A stretch of 64,000 nucleotides of DNA from Candidatus Poribacteria bacterium (GTDB lineage: Bacteria; Poribacteria; WGA-4E; PCPOR2b): the NCBI GenBank assembly GCA_965208675.1, contig OZ242351.1, positions 1,760,001 through 1,824,000 of the forward strand. Direction: 5' to 3'. Below the pieces are notes generated by a model. The model saw nothing but the letters and a program-made list of their open reading frames with translations, did not search any database and was not told the origin of the DNA. Shown in pieces: positions 38,752-48,924 of the stretch (position 1 is its first letter; every line of letters starts with the position of its first letter). The position numbers were made by a program, and so were the translations under genes.

Positions 38752-38825
38752 AGCCGATCGGATTGAACATCGTTTCCGCGCCAAGCAGGTGCAGAACATG
38801 TGACCATTCAATCCACGTTGTCTTT

Positions 38826-39821
38826 CTAGGGTAATCTCCTCAATCGTGTATTTGCCAGTCCAATTTCGGTTAGGAAACAGAGCAACGCCGGCATTAGAAA
38901 GAACGGGTAAAATTCTTTGTATTCGAGATATTGGGGCGTTTCAAACTCTGTTTTCTCCATCTCGTCAATTTCATCGTATACCTGAAGCAGGTTGGCGGTA
39001 TCCGTGGATCGGAAATATCTACCGCCCGTCTCCTGTGCAATTCGGGTCAAGGATTCATCGTCAATTTCTATCTTTACCGGCTGATAGGTCTCGTGACCGA
39101 ATCGGCCGCGAACCGGGAATGGCGCCATTCCCTTCGTGCCCGCACCGATTGTATAAATTTTGACCCCAAGGGTTTTCGCAAGATTCGCGGCGGTTTCAGG
39201 GGAGATTCGTCCCACATTGTTGCGTCCGTCGGTCAATAAGATAATCACTTTGCTGTCCGCTGACGATTCGCGCAGCCGGTTGGTTCCTGTGGCAATTGCC
39301 GTTCCTATAGCGGTACCATCCTCAAGCATTCCAATCTGTGCCCTGTCCAGGTTTTGAATCAGCCAACCGTAGTCAAGTGTTAATGGACATAGCGTGTATG
39401 GGCGTCCGGCGAAAACCACAATTCCAATCCTATCGTTACTCCGACCCAGGACAAAATCTTTGACAACTTCCTTGACGACATGGAGACGGTTGTATCTTTC
39501 CCCCGCAATCTGAAAATCCTCCGCCCGCATGCTCGTAGATACGTCAATAACAAGCACGATGTCAATTCCCTCTCCCGTTAATTTGCTTTCCTCCACCCCC
39601 TTCTGTGGACGGGCGAGTCCGAACGCAATTAGCAAAATAGCTATGCATCTCAAAAACAGCAGTCCTTCGCGCCCCCTAATCGTCCAACTCGGATGAATTG
39701 CCTGAATGCTCCCGATTGACGAGAAACTCAAGCTTCCGCGCCGCGCTCCCTTAAAATGGAAATAAATTAACATCGGGATTGCCGTGATAGTCAGAAAGGC
39801 TAACGGATCGTCAAAAGTCAT
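38826..39821 (-). CDS. batA: BatA-like VWA protein
   Basis: LARPQ, DVSTSM.AEDF, GTAIG, LTDG.NN.G. Confidence 0.9.
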   Translation of the reverse strand: MTFDDPLAFLTITAIPMLIYFHFKGARRGSLSFSSIGSIQAIHPSWTIRGREGLLFLRCIAILLIAFGLARPQKGVEESKLTGEGIDIVLVIDVSTSMRAEDFQIAGERYNRLHVVKEVVKDFVLGRSNDRIGIVVFAGRPYTLCPLTLDYGWLIQNLDRAQIGMLEDGTAIGTAIATGTNRLRESSADSKVIILLTDGRNNVGRISPETAANLAKTLGVKIYTIGAGTKGMAPFPVRGRFGHETYQPVKIEIDDESLTRIAQETGGRYFRSTDTANLLQVYDEIDEMEKTEFETPQYLEYKEFYPFFLMPALLCFLTEIGLANTRLRRLP

Positions 39822-39917
39822 CGATTACCATAAACATAGCGGTCAGGCTAGCGAAATTTGCGTGCGATAGTTCATTGTCTGGCGGCGTTGGCGGCTCAAC
39901 CCGACCTACAATACTTC

Positions 39918-40952
39918 CTAAAGTGCAGTTTCAACAGAAGCGCTTTCACGGACAAACTGGGTAGCGGATTCATGAGCGGATTTCATCTCCGCTACATTAG
40001 GCCCGTATCGAGCGAACTTTACAAGATCGCAGTGTGCGAGAAAGCGACTCAACAATTTTTTGTGTTCATCTCTTAGTACACTATCCTTTGCTGCCGCAAC
40101 GAAAAATTCCTCGGTCGTCATTTCCGACGCCCGCAACCCGAAACGGTTTTCCAGATATGTTCGAACCGTATTCGACAGCAAGACATAGTATTCTTCAATG
40201 CGTCCCGCCTCAATAAGCCCCGAAGCCATGAGTGATTCCAGTTGTTCGTAAGCAATAACGTGCGGAGGTTTTTTGACAGTTTCTTCTTGGATTGTTTTTC
40301 GCCTTCTCAACCACAAAAACGCCGCGGCACCGCCTGCGATAACCAACATCACCGCGACAATGCCGATAAGGATCGGTGTATTGTTAACTGGAAGTTCCAC
40401 GGGACCGGGAATGTCTTTTATGTCCTGCGGTTCTTCGTCATCCGGCAGTACGCTCTTGACTTCAACGGTTACCGACTCCGCCTCAATTTCAAGTTTTCTC
40501 CCTGCCGCGTCTGTATAGAACACAACCGTCGCGGGAATAGTGTGGCTTCCAATCGTAAAAGAATCTAACGTATAACGCCGCTGATATACCATCCGTCCTT
40601 CATGCTTCCGAGGTTCGGCTTCGGCAACGTCTACGATGTCGAAACCGCCTATATTTTCACTAAATTGCGGAATTTTCACCGTGAACTCCGGATCAGCATC
40701 AACGGTGATGGTATACACGAATTTATCGCCAATATACACCGTATTCTGACTGGCATGAGTCGTGACGGCGAAAGACTCTCCTTTACGCTCTTGGGCGAAA
40801 ACAGCCGCTCTGGGTGACAATATGTATAGTAAGAGCGCGATGGTCAAAACTATTTCAATTTGACGACAAAGTGGGTTACCATCACGAGACATTGCGGATT
40901 TCTGTTGTAGTATGTATTTTTTGGCGATGTATCCGTTCGTTGTCCTGTTCAA
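39918..40952 (-). CDS. Bat-operon membrane protein (BatD-N/DUF4381-like)
   Basis: DIKDI.GP, TM segment, YLE.RF...EMTT.E, CDLVKFA; true start uncertain. Confidence 0.8.
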   Translation of the reverse strand: MNRTTNGYIAKKYILQQKSAMSRDGNPLCRQIEIVLTIALLLYILSPRAAVFAQERKGESFAVTTHASQNTVYIGDKFVYTITVDADPEFTVKIPQFSENIGGFDIVDVAEAEPRKHEGRMVYQRRYTLDSFTIGSHTIPATVVFYTDAAGRKLEIEAESVTVEVKSVLPDDEEPQDIKDIPGPVELPVNNTPILIGIVAVMLVIAGGAAAFLWLRRRKTIQEETVKKPPHVIAYEQLESLMASGLIEAGRIEEYYVLLSNTVRTYLENRFGLRASEMTTEEFFVAAAKDSVLRDEHKKLLSRFLAHCDLVKFARYGPNVAEMKSAHESATQFVRESASVETAL

Positions 40953-41139
40953 TGGGTGACTGACCGCGGTGATAAAATTTGGCTTTGACGAGGGCGAGTT
41001 GGCACGCTACTGCCGCCGATTCCACAACTGTCTGCCTTAATGTAAGGGCAGGTCTCGTGCCTGCTCAAAATTCGCCGAACTCGGATTCATTCAATTTGTC
41101 ATGAGTCAACAGAACCTAGTACGGTTCGCGGATTCTCGC

Positions 41140-42015
41140 TCAATGCCGGCGCTCGCGCATACGAAAGAATTTCAAAAGCGGTTCAATATAAGGTTTATCC
41201 GTAAAGACATTAATCGTATCGACATTCGCCGAACGCAGCATGCGCGATTTCTGTTGCGCTTTCTCTGACGCTAGGCGCTGGAACGCTTCCCTAACGCGCC
41301 GAACCTTTGTGTCAATTTGGATTTTCTCACCAGTTTCCGCATCTTCTAATTCAAGGATTCCTACGTTTGGCAATTCTAGCTCTCTCGGATCAGTGATTGT
41401 GAGCGCAATGATGTCGTGCCGCCTGTTTGCAATTTGTAAAGGCCGTTCGTAGTCCGCCGCCAAAAAGTCGGAGATGAGAAATGCGACCGTCCGGCGAATA
41501 GTGACGCGATTCAGGTATTCCAGTGCGGCGGCGATGTCCGTGCCTCGTCCGTGGGGTTCAAATGATAGCGCCTCGCTGATGACGCGCAACACGTGGCGCC
41601 GCCCTTTTTGAGGCGGCACATACTTTTCGATTCTGTCTGTGAAAATGATTAACCCGACTTTATCGTTGTTCTTAATTGCGGAGAACGCTATTACGGCGCA
41701 GAGTTCGGCGGAAAGTTCACCCTTGCGTTGCTTAACCGATCCGAATGTTGTCGATGCGCTCGCATCTAAAAGAAGCATCACGGTCAATTCACGTTCCTCG
41801 ACGTACTTTTTAAGGAACGGGCGGCCCATCCGAGCGGTTACGTTCCAATCAATCGCGCGTATCTCGTCGCCCGGCTGGTACTCACGCACCTCTTCAAACT
41901 CCATACCCTGCCCTTTAAATACGCTTTCATATTGCCCGCCTAGGACATCGTTCACCATGTGTCTGGTGCGAATATCAATCCGGCGAATCTTTTTGAGAAT
42001 ATCTTCAGGTATCAT
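41140..42015 (-). CDS. DUF58 family protein
   Basis: GMEFEEVREYQPGD.IR.IDWNVTAR, EEREL, ISDF. Confidence 0.95.
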   Translation of the reverse strand: MIPEDILKKIRRIDIRTRHMVNDVLGGQYESVFKGQGMEFEEVREYQPGDEIRAIDWNVTARMGRPFLKKYVEERELTVMLLLDASASTTFGSVKQRKGELSAELCAVIAFSAIKNNDKVGLIIFTDRIEKYVPPQKGRRHVLRVISEALSFEPHGRGTDIAAALEYLNRVTIRRTVAFLISDFLAADYERPLQIANRRHDIIALTITDPRELELPNVGILELEDAETGEKIQIDTKVRRVREAFQRLASEKAQQKSRMLRSANVDTINVFTDKPYIEPLLKFFRMRERRH

Positions 42016-42071
42016 ATCTACTATTTAACACAGGGAGTTTTGAAGACTACCGCCTATATTGACCTGACACC

Positions 42072-42935
42072 TTATGTTTCCTCCTGTCCTTGCAGCGCCC
42101 GAAAATAGATTACCGTCGCGGCAAGAACAATTCCCATCAGCAGGAAAGAGAGCGCGGAACCGAAAGGCCAATCGCGCGCGGTTTTGAACTGGCGTTCAAT
42201 CACATTGCCGATGTAATCAACCTTTCCGCCGCCGAGCAGATCGGGCGTAATAAACGCACCGACCGTTGGAATAAAAACTAACACCGAACCGGCGGCAATC
42301 CCAGGTATACTTAACGGCAACGTTACATTGACAAATGCCTTCCAGCGGTTTGCACCAAGGTCTTTTGCCGCATCAATCAACGTGCGGTCAAACTTCTCTA
42401 ATGAGGCATACAGCGGCAATATCATGAACGGCAGGTATCCATAAATCAGTCCAACCAGCACCGCGATAGGCGTATTGAGCAACTCTACCGTTGGAGCATT
42501 CGGAAAGACTGTCCCCAAAATAGCATTCAACACGCCTTCCGTGCGCAAAATCAATATCCAAGCGTAGGTACGAATGAGAAAGTTTGTCCAGAAGGGCACA
42601 ACAACGAGCAACAAAAGAAGATTGCGTCCTCGAGGCCGATAGCGTGCCAGATAGTAGGCAAACGGATAGCCGATGAGCAGGCAAGCCCCCGTCGATATGA
42701 TGCCCGTTAGGATTGAACGCCAGAGAATACCGAGGTACAGCGGATCAAGCGACTGCCCGTAATTTTTTAGGGTGAAGTGCCACTGGATGCCGCCATAGGT
42801 GCCGCGCTCTGCAAAACTATAGACGAATATTGCGGCGATGGGGATTAGAAAGAAGACAATGAGCCAAAATAGGGCGGGGAAAAGGAGAACAAGCCATTGA
42901 TGATTTCGAAAGGGTTGGGTGTGTTTAGAAAGCAT
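42072..42935 (-). CDS. Polyamine ABC transporter permease (PotB-like)
   Basis: PFWTNFLIRTYAW, YLPFMILPLY, AAKDLGA, RDWPFGSA. Confidence 0.9.
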   Translation of the reverse strand: MLSKHTQPFRNHQWLVLLFPALFWLIVFFLIPIAAIFVYSFAERGTYGGIQWHFTLKNYGQSLDPLYLGILWRSILTGIISTGACLLIGYPFAYYLARYRPRGRNLLLLLVVVPFWTNFLIRTYAWILILRTEGVLNAILGTVFPNAPTVELLNTPIAVLVGLIYGYLPFMILPLYASLEKFDRTLIDAAKDLGANRWKAFVNVTLPLSIPGIAAGSVLVFIPTVGAFITPDLLGGGKVDYIGNVIERQFKTARDWPFGSALSFLLMGIVLAATVIYFRALQGQEET

Positions 42936-43269
42936 CCCTTGCAGGCCGTGTTACATTTGGGATGGTTTATCTTCCCATATTTTATAAATTCTTGCGCCGG
43001 GACTACGATGGCCGCCTCCGGCACCGCCGCCGTGCTTGGATCGACATTTATCGGGTATTCTGTGCCGTTTGCAGCAACCAACTCATCAACGTTGCGTCAT
43101 CAACACGCTCAAATTCTTCCCGGGGCGATGCAGAACCACAACTCGACAACAGCCACAAATAAGAAGGTCAACTCCCGGCGGTTGAATTGGTAACTGTCTG
43201 AGCGGATTGTTACAATCCAGACGTGGAAGTATGACACCTATACGTTCAACGGGCTTGCGGCCTTTCATG

Positions 43270-44466
43270 TTAATCCGCAGCAGTTGCTAATTCCGGGGCG
43301 GCCGTATCCGTCTCACAGAAGGCAACGTAATCCGAAATGAGCTCAGTAATTTCTGGATTCTCGCTGCAGATCGGACAGTTCTCGTCCCGATTGACCTTCA
43401 ATTCTCGAAATTGCATGCTGAGCGCATCATAAAGCAGTAAACGGCCGATGAGTGGATCGCCCGTTCCGAGCAGAAGTTTTACGGCTTCGGTCGCCATCAC
43501 GACGCCAACGACGCCTGGGAGCACGCCCAGGACACCTGCTTCACTTCAGCTTGGAACCATGCCGGGCGGCGGCGGTGCCGGAAACATGCAGCGATAGCAA
43601 GGCCCGTCATGCGGCTTCAGGACGGTCGCCTGTCCCTCAAATTGGAAGATACTCCCGTGTACAACGGTTTTATCCGCCAATACCGCCGCATCATTAACAA
43701 GATAGCGTGTTGCGAAATTGTCGCACCCGTCGACAATCAAATCATAGTCTTGAATAATCTCCATGACGTTGTCTGATTCGAGGCGGACGTGGTACGGAAC
43801 CACCTCAGTGTCAGGGTTCAAGGCTTTGATTGTTGTCGTGGCGGATTGTACCTTTGGAGTGCCAACCGCTTCAGATCGGTGGAGAATCTGGCGTTGGAGG
43901 TTACTGAGTTCTACCGCATCGGAATCGACGATGCCAAGTGTGCCAACACCGGCAGCCGCGAGGTAAATTCCAGCCGGCGATCCCAATCCGCCTGCGCCTA
44001 TAAACACGACTTTTGAATCAAACAGCTTTGCTTGCCCTTTCTCCCCGATTTCGCGCAGCATAAAGTGGCGGCTGTAACGGTCTAACTGGTCCGAGGTCAT
44101 GGATTTTTCTTTGACCGTCGGGTATCCGCTGCTCGTCCACGCCCGATATCCGCCAGCCATGGAGACAGCGTCCGTGTACCCCATGCCTTTAAGGGATTTT
44201 GCGGCAAGCAATGACCTAACTCCGCCTGCGCAATAGACGACAATCTTTTCATCCCGATCGGGCACATAGTCCTCAATATCAAGCTCAAGCATCCCACGGC
44301 TCACATACAGCGCATCGGGGATATAGCCCGATCGATACTCGTCGTTATCGCGGACATCAAGCAAGACAAAGGAATCTCGATTATCCTTCTTCGCCTTGAC
44401 CTCATCAACGCTGACTTCTGAAATTTCCTGCTTTGTTTCTTCGATGATTTCCCTGTACGATTTCAT
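43270..44466 (-). CDS. moeB: Rhodanese-MoeB/ThiF adenylyltransferase (MoeZ-like), probable selenoprotein read through UGA 43548-43546
   Basis: Rhodanese CAGGVR; RYSRH, GAGGLG, SNLQRQ, CYRC; PPPGMVPS-UGA-SEAGVLG in frame with the 43270-43524 ORF; C-terminal CPIC. Confidence 0.88.
43510..43536 (-). promoter_or_regulatory. Bacterial SECIS-like hairpin
   Basis: GGUG[U]CCUGGG-CGUGCU-CCCAGG-CGUC; apical loop 20 nt after UGA with GU at loop positions 2-3 and a bulged U. Confidence 0.75.
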
Positions 44467-44624
44467 ATTCGCTACCTAAAGAGACTCCGTGAATTGGATG
44501 CGTTACACCCATTTCAAATGAGGCTGCGGTGCTGCTAGTTTTGACTGTCAAAAACTCCGTTACATCGTCTAACCGAATCTAATCTAAACACGCCGCGCGA
44601 ATTGTCGGCAATCTAGGGAAACTT

Positions 44625-44653
44625 ATTATAATACATGCCGCCTTGCGAGTCAA
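44625..44653 (-). promoter_or_regulatory. Sigma70-type promoter for moeB
   Basis: Minus-strand TTGACT-N17-TATAAT; ~150-nt leader containing TTTTGAC-N-GTCAAAA palindrome at 44539-44553. Confidence 0.7.
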
Positions 44654-44703
44654 ATTTTTTCTACGTATCTTCGACCTGATTTAGCGCAACCCCTACTTTG
44701 ACG

Positions 44704-45984
44704 CTACTGTGGTTCTGCGCTTGTCAAATCCAGGCATACCAGCTCCTCATTATTCCGCAGGTACAGTTTGCCGCCAGACACGCTGGGTGCTGTCCAGCAG
44801 CGTCCATCGAAGATTTGTGTTTGGGCAACCTCAATATATTCAGTATGGGACGCTTTCACCAATGCGAGGTTTCCACTTTCGCCCAAGATAATGAGATGAC
44901 CGTCGGCATAAATTAGCGAGCCTTTGCGGAAACCGCGTTTCCTCCACTGTTCTTCGCCGGTATTCGCCTCAATACACTTTAACGTCCCGTCGTCGAAGCC
45001 GTACAGATAGCCTTCGTGGAGAATTGATGACGCAAAGTGATTCTTCATTACGCGGCTGCGCCACATCTCGGATACTGAAAACTTGCCGCCGCTTTCCTCG
45101 ACTTGGACCAAGGCAGCGCCCGTGTCGTAACCGGATGATATGAACACTTTGTCTGGCGGGATAAAAACGGGCGTCGCGGCATTGACGTCATAAGAGGTTC
45201 GCCACGCATATCTCCAATACACTTCTCCATCCCGCGGAGATACGGAGACAAGCCCCTCAGCAGTAAAGAATATAGCCTGCCGCACGTTGTGGATGGTGAC
45301 TGTGATTGGCGAGGAATAGGCCGGCGGGTCATCTTGGGTGTTCCATACGATGTCGCCGTTTTCCTTGTTGAATGCAATAATCGCTCTGTTTCCCTTTCCG
45401 CCAGCCTCCATGAGCAATAGATTACCCTCTACCACGGGAGATGCGGAAAATCCGTGCTGGGGTATGGGGCTTTCAAACGCCTTCGTAAAATCGTAATGCC
45501 ACAGTTCCTTTCCTGTAAGTGCGTTTATGGCGACCAACCTGCCGTAAGCGCTAAAGACGTAGACCGTATCGCAGTCAACGGTCGGCGTGGAGCGGGGGCC
45601 GTCACCCCCCTGACGGTTCTTGAAGCGGTAGTCGTCGAGATACCGCCATTTTTCCTCGCCCGTCTTCGCGTCGAAACACACAACGACTTCGTCCTCACCC
45701 TCTGCGTACATCGTATAGGCGCGTCCGCCGGAAATTGAGACGCTAGAATACCCATCACCAAGCGATGTTCGCCAGACCTCTTTTGGCCCTCCCTCCGGCC
45801 AATTCGTGAGGAGTCCCGTTTCATGGGAAACGCCGTCTCGGTTCGGCCCGCGCCATTGATGCCATTCCATCTCCGACGATTGGCTGGATTCGGCATACGT
45901 TACAGCAATGCCTGTCCATAGGCACGAAACTAGTATGAAAAAACCAATGTGTAGATATTTGAATTTCATCGTGTCACACCTCAT
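44704..45984 (-). CDS. PQQ-like beta-propeller protein
   Basis: W.QWRGPNRDG, GYSS, GPRSTP, YSSP, WTAP...G.LYLR. Confidence 0.9.
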   Translation of the reverse strand: MRCDTMKFKYLHIGFFILVSCLWTGIAVTYAESSQSSEMEWHQWRGPNRDGVSHETGLLTNWPEGGPKEVWRTSLGDGYSSVSISGGRAYTMYAEGEDEVVVCFDAKTGEEKWRYLDDYRFKNRQGGDGPRSTPTVDCDTVYVFSAYGRLVAINALTGKELWHYDFTKAFESPIPQHGFSASPVVEGNLLLMEAGGKGNRAIIAFNKENGDIVWNTQDDPPAYSSPITVTIHNVRQAIFFTAEGLVSVSPRDGEVYWRYAWRTSYDVNAATPVFIPPDKVFISSGYDTGAALVQVEESGGKFSVSEMWRSRVMKNHFASSILHEGYLYGFDDGTLKCIEANTGEEQWRKRGFRKGSLIYADGHLIILGESGNLALVKASHTEYIEVAQTQIFDGRCWTAPSVSGGKLYLRNNEELVCLDLTSAEPQ

Positions 45985-46164
45985 TTTCTTTGTTTTTAAT
46001 GGTCACAGCGATAGTACACCCTGACGACAATTTCTCGCTTGGCCTACTCCCACCTAGCACCCCCTTTTGAAAGGGGAGAACTCTCTGATGAACGCACGAA
46101 GGCGCGTTAACCAACCCATTGCCGAATACAAAACCGCCAAACGCCCATTATTTTGTAAAAACTG

Positions 46165-48654
46165 TCAATCGTTCGGCTTCCCCGGCGTCATCGCTAACGG
46201 TTTAAAGTCGCCAATCCCATTGGGAAACCTACCGAGCGCAACATCCTTGTCCTGTGCGACGTATTCTACCGAAGATAGTATTTGATTCCGCCGGGCATCG
46301 GTATCAATAAGCATAACGATTTCCCCGTGCCGTGAGAGCTTGAAATTCGCGTGAAGCCCTGGACGGTCCTTGATATCTTCATCAGCCCAAACAATCATGT
46401 AGCCGTTAGGCGCTAGGACAGTGTTATCGGGAAATGCCCATTTTCTCGGATTGTTTGGGTTGTCACTCAAGTACATATTCGAAAGATCTACCTCATGACC
46501 GCTGAGGTTGTGCAATTCAATCCAGTCATCGTGCTCCCCTTGCGGGTCGGCGATACTCGCCGTGTTATTCGGCATCAATTCGTTAATGACAATCAGAGTG
46601 CTTTCGGCCAAAGGTGCGCGCACACGGTAGGACAACGCACCCAATTCCGCGTTCGCAGGCGAAAACACGGTAGTTCCGCTCGCTTCAAGCGTGCGCGCTT
46701 CAACATAATAACGCACTTCTGTCCCCGCACGCACGGCGGGGATTTCACCCGTGTAGCCGCTGCCGTGCCGAGACATCCGGACACTCTCAAACGGTTCCAA
46801 TCGACTCGCGGCGTAATACAGCATGACAGCGTCAATCTCGGTATCGGCGTCAATCTCCGCTGTAATTTGCACAGGCTCATTCGCCAGCGGCTTTTCGGGT
46901 TGGGAAACGAACTGGATGGATGCCGTCCATCTGTTTATTTCGGGATGATTGAGTAGGAACTCCCGACGCTCGTCGACAAACTGTTTGAAACTTGGAGCCG
47001 CTCTTGATCCTCTGCCGCTGCTCTGATTTCCAATGTGGCTAGTGGCAAACGCCTCGTAAGCATAGAGTTTCTTGTCGTCCGCCTTTACCTCGGCATCAAT
47101 GAGCACGCGGTATCCTTCGATGATTGGCGCAAGCACCTCCCAATCCAGCCATTCGCCCACAATGGTGCGGATATGTGCCAAATATCGCGCACGCAGATGC
47201 GGAATGGAGAACAAGCGGCTAATCACCGGCCGCATCGCATCGGACTCCTGTGCGACAGGAGACAGCATAGGACCGTCGTAATCCCAAGAGTTGGGTCCCC
47301 CGCCTCCGGCATAACGAAACGTCTCGTTATTGTCTTGCGGCAAGAAATGAAAGCGCCCCAACGGATCTTGGTAGATTGCGTAATCGCTCGCGCGGCTGAA
47401 ATAGCCGTCATTGTCAATGAACACATTCTCCAGCGCAAGATTCCACAGCGCACGGTCAATGTTGAACACCCGTGAAAGCTCGCCTTCAAGTTTTTCATCA
47501 GGTGTTTTATCCAGAATTTTGCACAGCGCAATTAAATCTACCCACGCATTCGGCGCGTCATTTGTTTTTAGTTGATAGGCTCGCCGATAGGAGTCAGGGT
47601 TTTCGCCATTATAGACAAGACCGCCCTCGCGGCTTGGCGGCACTTTCCAACGAACCCCACGTCTCGTTCCGAACCACTCGTTGAGGAAGTCTTTGTTGAA
47701 CTGCTGGGCGTTTATGTAGATTCCCCAGCTTTCTCCGTTAATCATTAGTTTAACAAAGTTAACCTTTGATGCGGGAATATAATTTTGTGCTATCCGTGAA
47801 TAAAGCACCTCACGGAGAAATGAGGAATCGGCATGGCCATTAAGTAGATTGAGCGTTTTGTAACCGTAGAGGCGCTGGGTGCCATCGCCGTAGTCAACGG
47901 CGATGTGGAACGACTTTTTCTCGGAGTCTCGTATCGTGAAATAGGACGAACTGCCGCGAAACCGGACGCCGACTGATGGATAGACTCTACCATCGACGAT
48001 TAAATCGGCAGGCAGATTGACATCCGTCTTATAAAAATCGCCGAGCTGTTCATACCAATTTTCGTCGTGAAATCGCAGGTATAGGGTGCGCAGCGTTTTT
48101 GCGTCATATAGATGGGGTTCGCCTTTCGGTGCCGCGGCGCGGCTCATCTGTAAATCCGTTTCGAGTGTTGTATTAGGCGAGGATCGGCCTGAGGGACGAG
48201 CACTGCCGCTTTCACCTCTACTGTTTCGGATATAGCTTTGTGCCGCTTTTCGTTCTTCGGCATTTAATTTTCCGTCGTTATCGCCGTCAAAACGGTCGAC
48301 AATCATCTCAGCTCGCCTCGGACCCATGCGGCCGCCGAATCCACCAAGACGCCCGAAACGCCGTTCACGGCGCATCTGTCTGACATCCTCAGCGTTTAAG
48401 TCTTGACCCGTGAATACCTCAAATGTAGTTGCCTGAAACATTAAATCGCGTTCTGCTTCGTTCAGTTTACCGTCGCCATCTGAGTCAAATAGCTCCAAAT
48501 CGGAATCAGGGACTTTGGGTTCGTCCGCGTGTATATTTAGGGCAAAGAGGAGTCCACCTAACAGCATGATGGCGAGTATCAGTGGGCTAATTGTTTTACG
48601 TGGCATATTCTTGTCCGGCGTTCCGTGTGTTTCGATATTTTTTTCCGTCGACAA
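46165..48654 (-). CDS. CotH-kinase family protein with EF-hand-like N-terminus and C-terminal lamin-tail domain
   Basis: DSDGDGKL and DGDNDGKL; VGVRFRGSSS, D.S.LRE; VINE.M..N...DWIEL; likely start 48606. Confidence 0.87.
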   Translation of the reverse strand: MSTEKNIETHGTPDKNMPRKTISPLILAIMLLGGLLFALNIHADEPKVPDSDLELFDSDGDGKLNEAERDLMFQATTFEVFTGQDLNAEDVRQMRRERRFGRLGGFGGRMGPRRAEMIVDRFDGDNDGKLNAEERKAAQSYIRNSRGESGSARPSGRSSPNTTLETDLQMSRAAAPKGEPHLYDAKTLRTLYLRFHDENWYEQLGDFYKTDVNLPADLIVDGRVYPSVGVRFRGSSSYFTIRDSEKKSFHIAVDYGDGTQRLYGYKTLNLLNGHADSSFLREVLYSRIAQNYIPASKVNFVKLMINGESWGIYINAQQFNKDFLNEWFGTRRGVRWKVPPSREGGLVYNGENPDSYRRAYQLKTNDAPNAWVDLIALCKILDKTPDEKLEGELSRVFNIDRALWNLALENVFIDNDGYFSRASDYAIYQDPLGRFHFLPQDNNETFRYAGGGGPNSWDYDGPMLSPVAQESDAMRPVISRLFSIPHLRARYLAHIRTIVGEWLDWEVLAPIIEGYRVLIDAEVKADDKKLYAYEAFATSHIGNQSSGRGSRAAPSFKQFVDERREFLLNHPEINRWTASIQFVSQPEKPLANEPVQITAEIDADTEIDAVMLYYAASRLEPFESVRMSRHGSGYTGEIPAVRAGTEVRYYVEARTLEASGTTVFSPANAELGALSYRVRAPLAESTLIVINELMPNNTASIADPQGEHDDWIELHNLSGHEVDLSNMYLSDNPNNPRKWAFPDNTVLAPNGYMIVWADEDIKDRPGLHANFKLSRHGEIVMLIDTDARRNQILSSVEYVAQDKDVALGRFPNGIGDFKPLAMTPGKPND

Positions 48655-48924
48655 TAATATAGCCTAAGTGAGAAATGATATGCAATCCAAAACTCACTTA
48701 GACATAATGAAGACACCGGTTAAGTCAATTTATTTAGAAAAACGGAGAACATAAATTGTTCGCATTTTCCGCGTCTTGAGATGAAACCACGAGGTTCTCC
48801 AACGCTAACTGCCGCCACAACGGTTAATCACTTGCCTCAAGGTTATATTTTTGCAAAACTTCGATGACCATACCAAAAGGTTTATCCGGGAAAAGGACAG
48901 CCAGCTTCCGCGTATAATCCAACC

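Noticed and set aside
40999-41015. Sigma54-like TGGCACGCTACTGC
   Set aside because: GG-to-GC spacing is 9 rather than 10, and it points away from the local genes
42940-43268. Short ORFs between moeB and the permease
   Set aside because: No recognisable motif in any frame; possibly a decayed gene but not supportable
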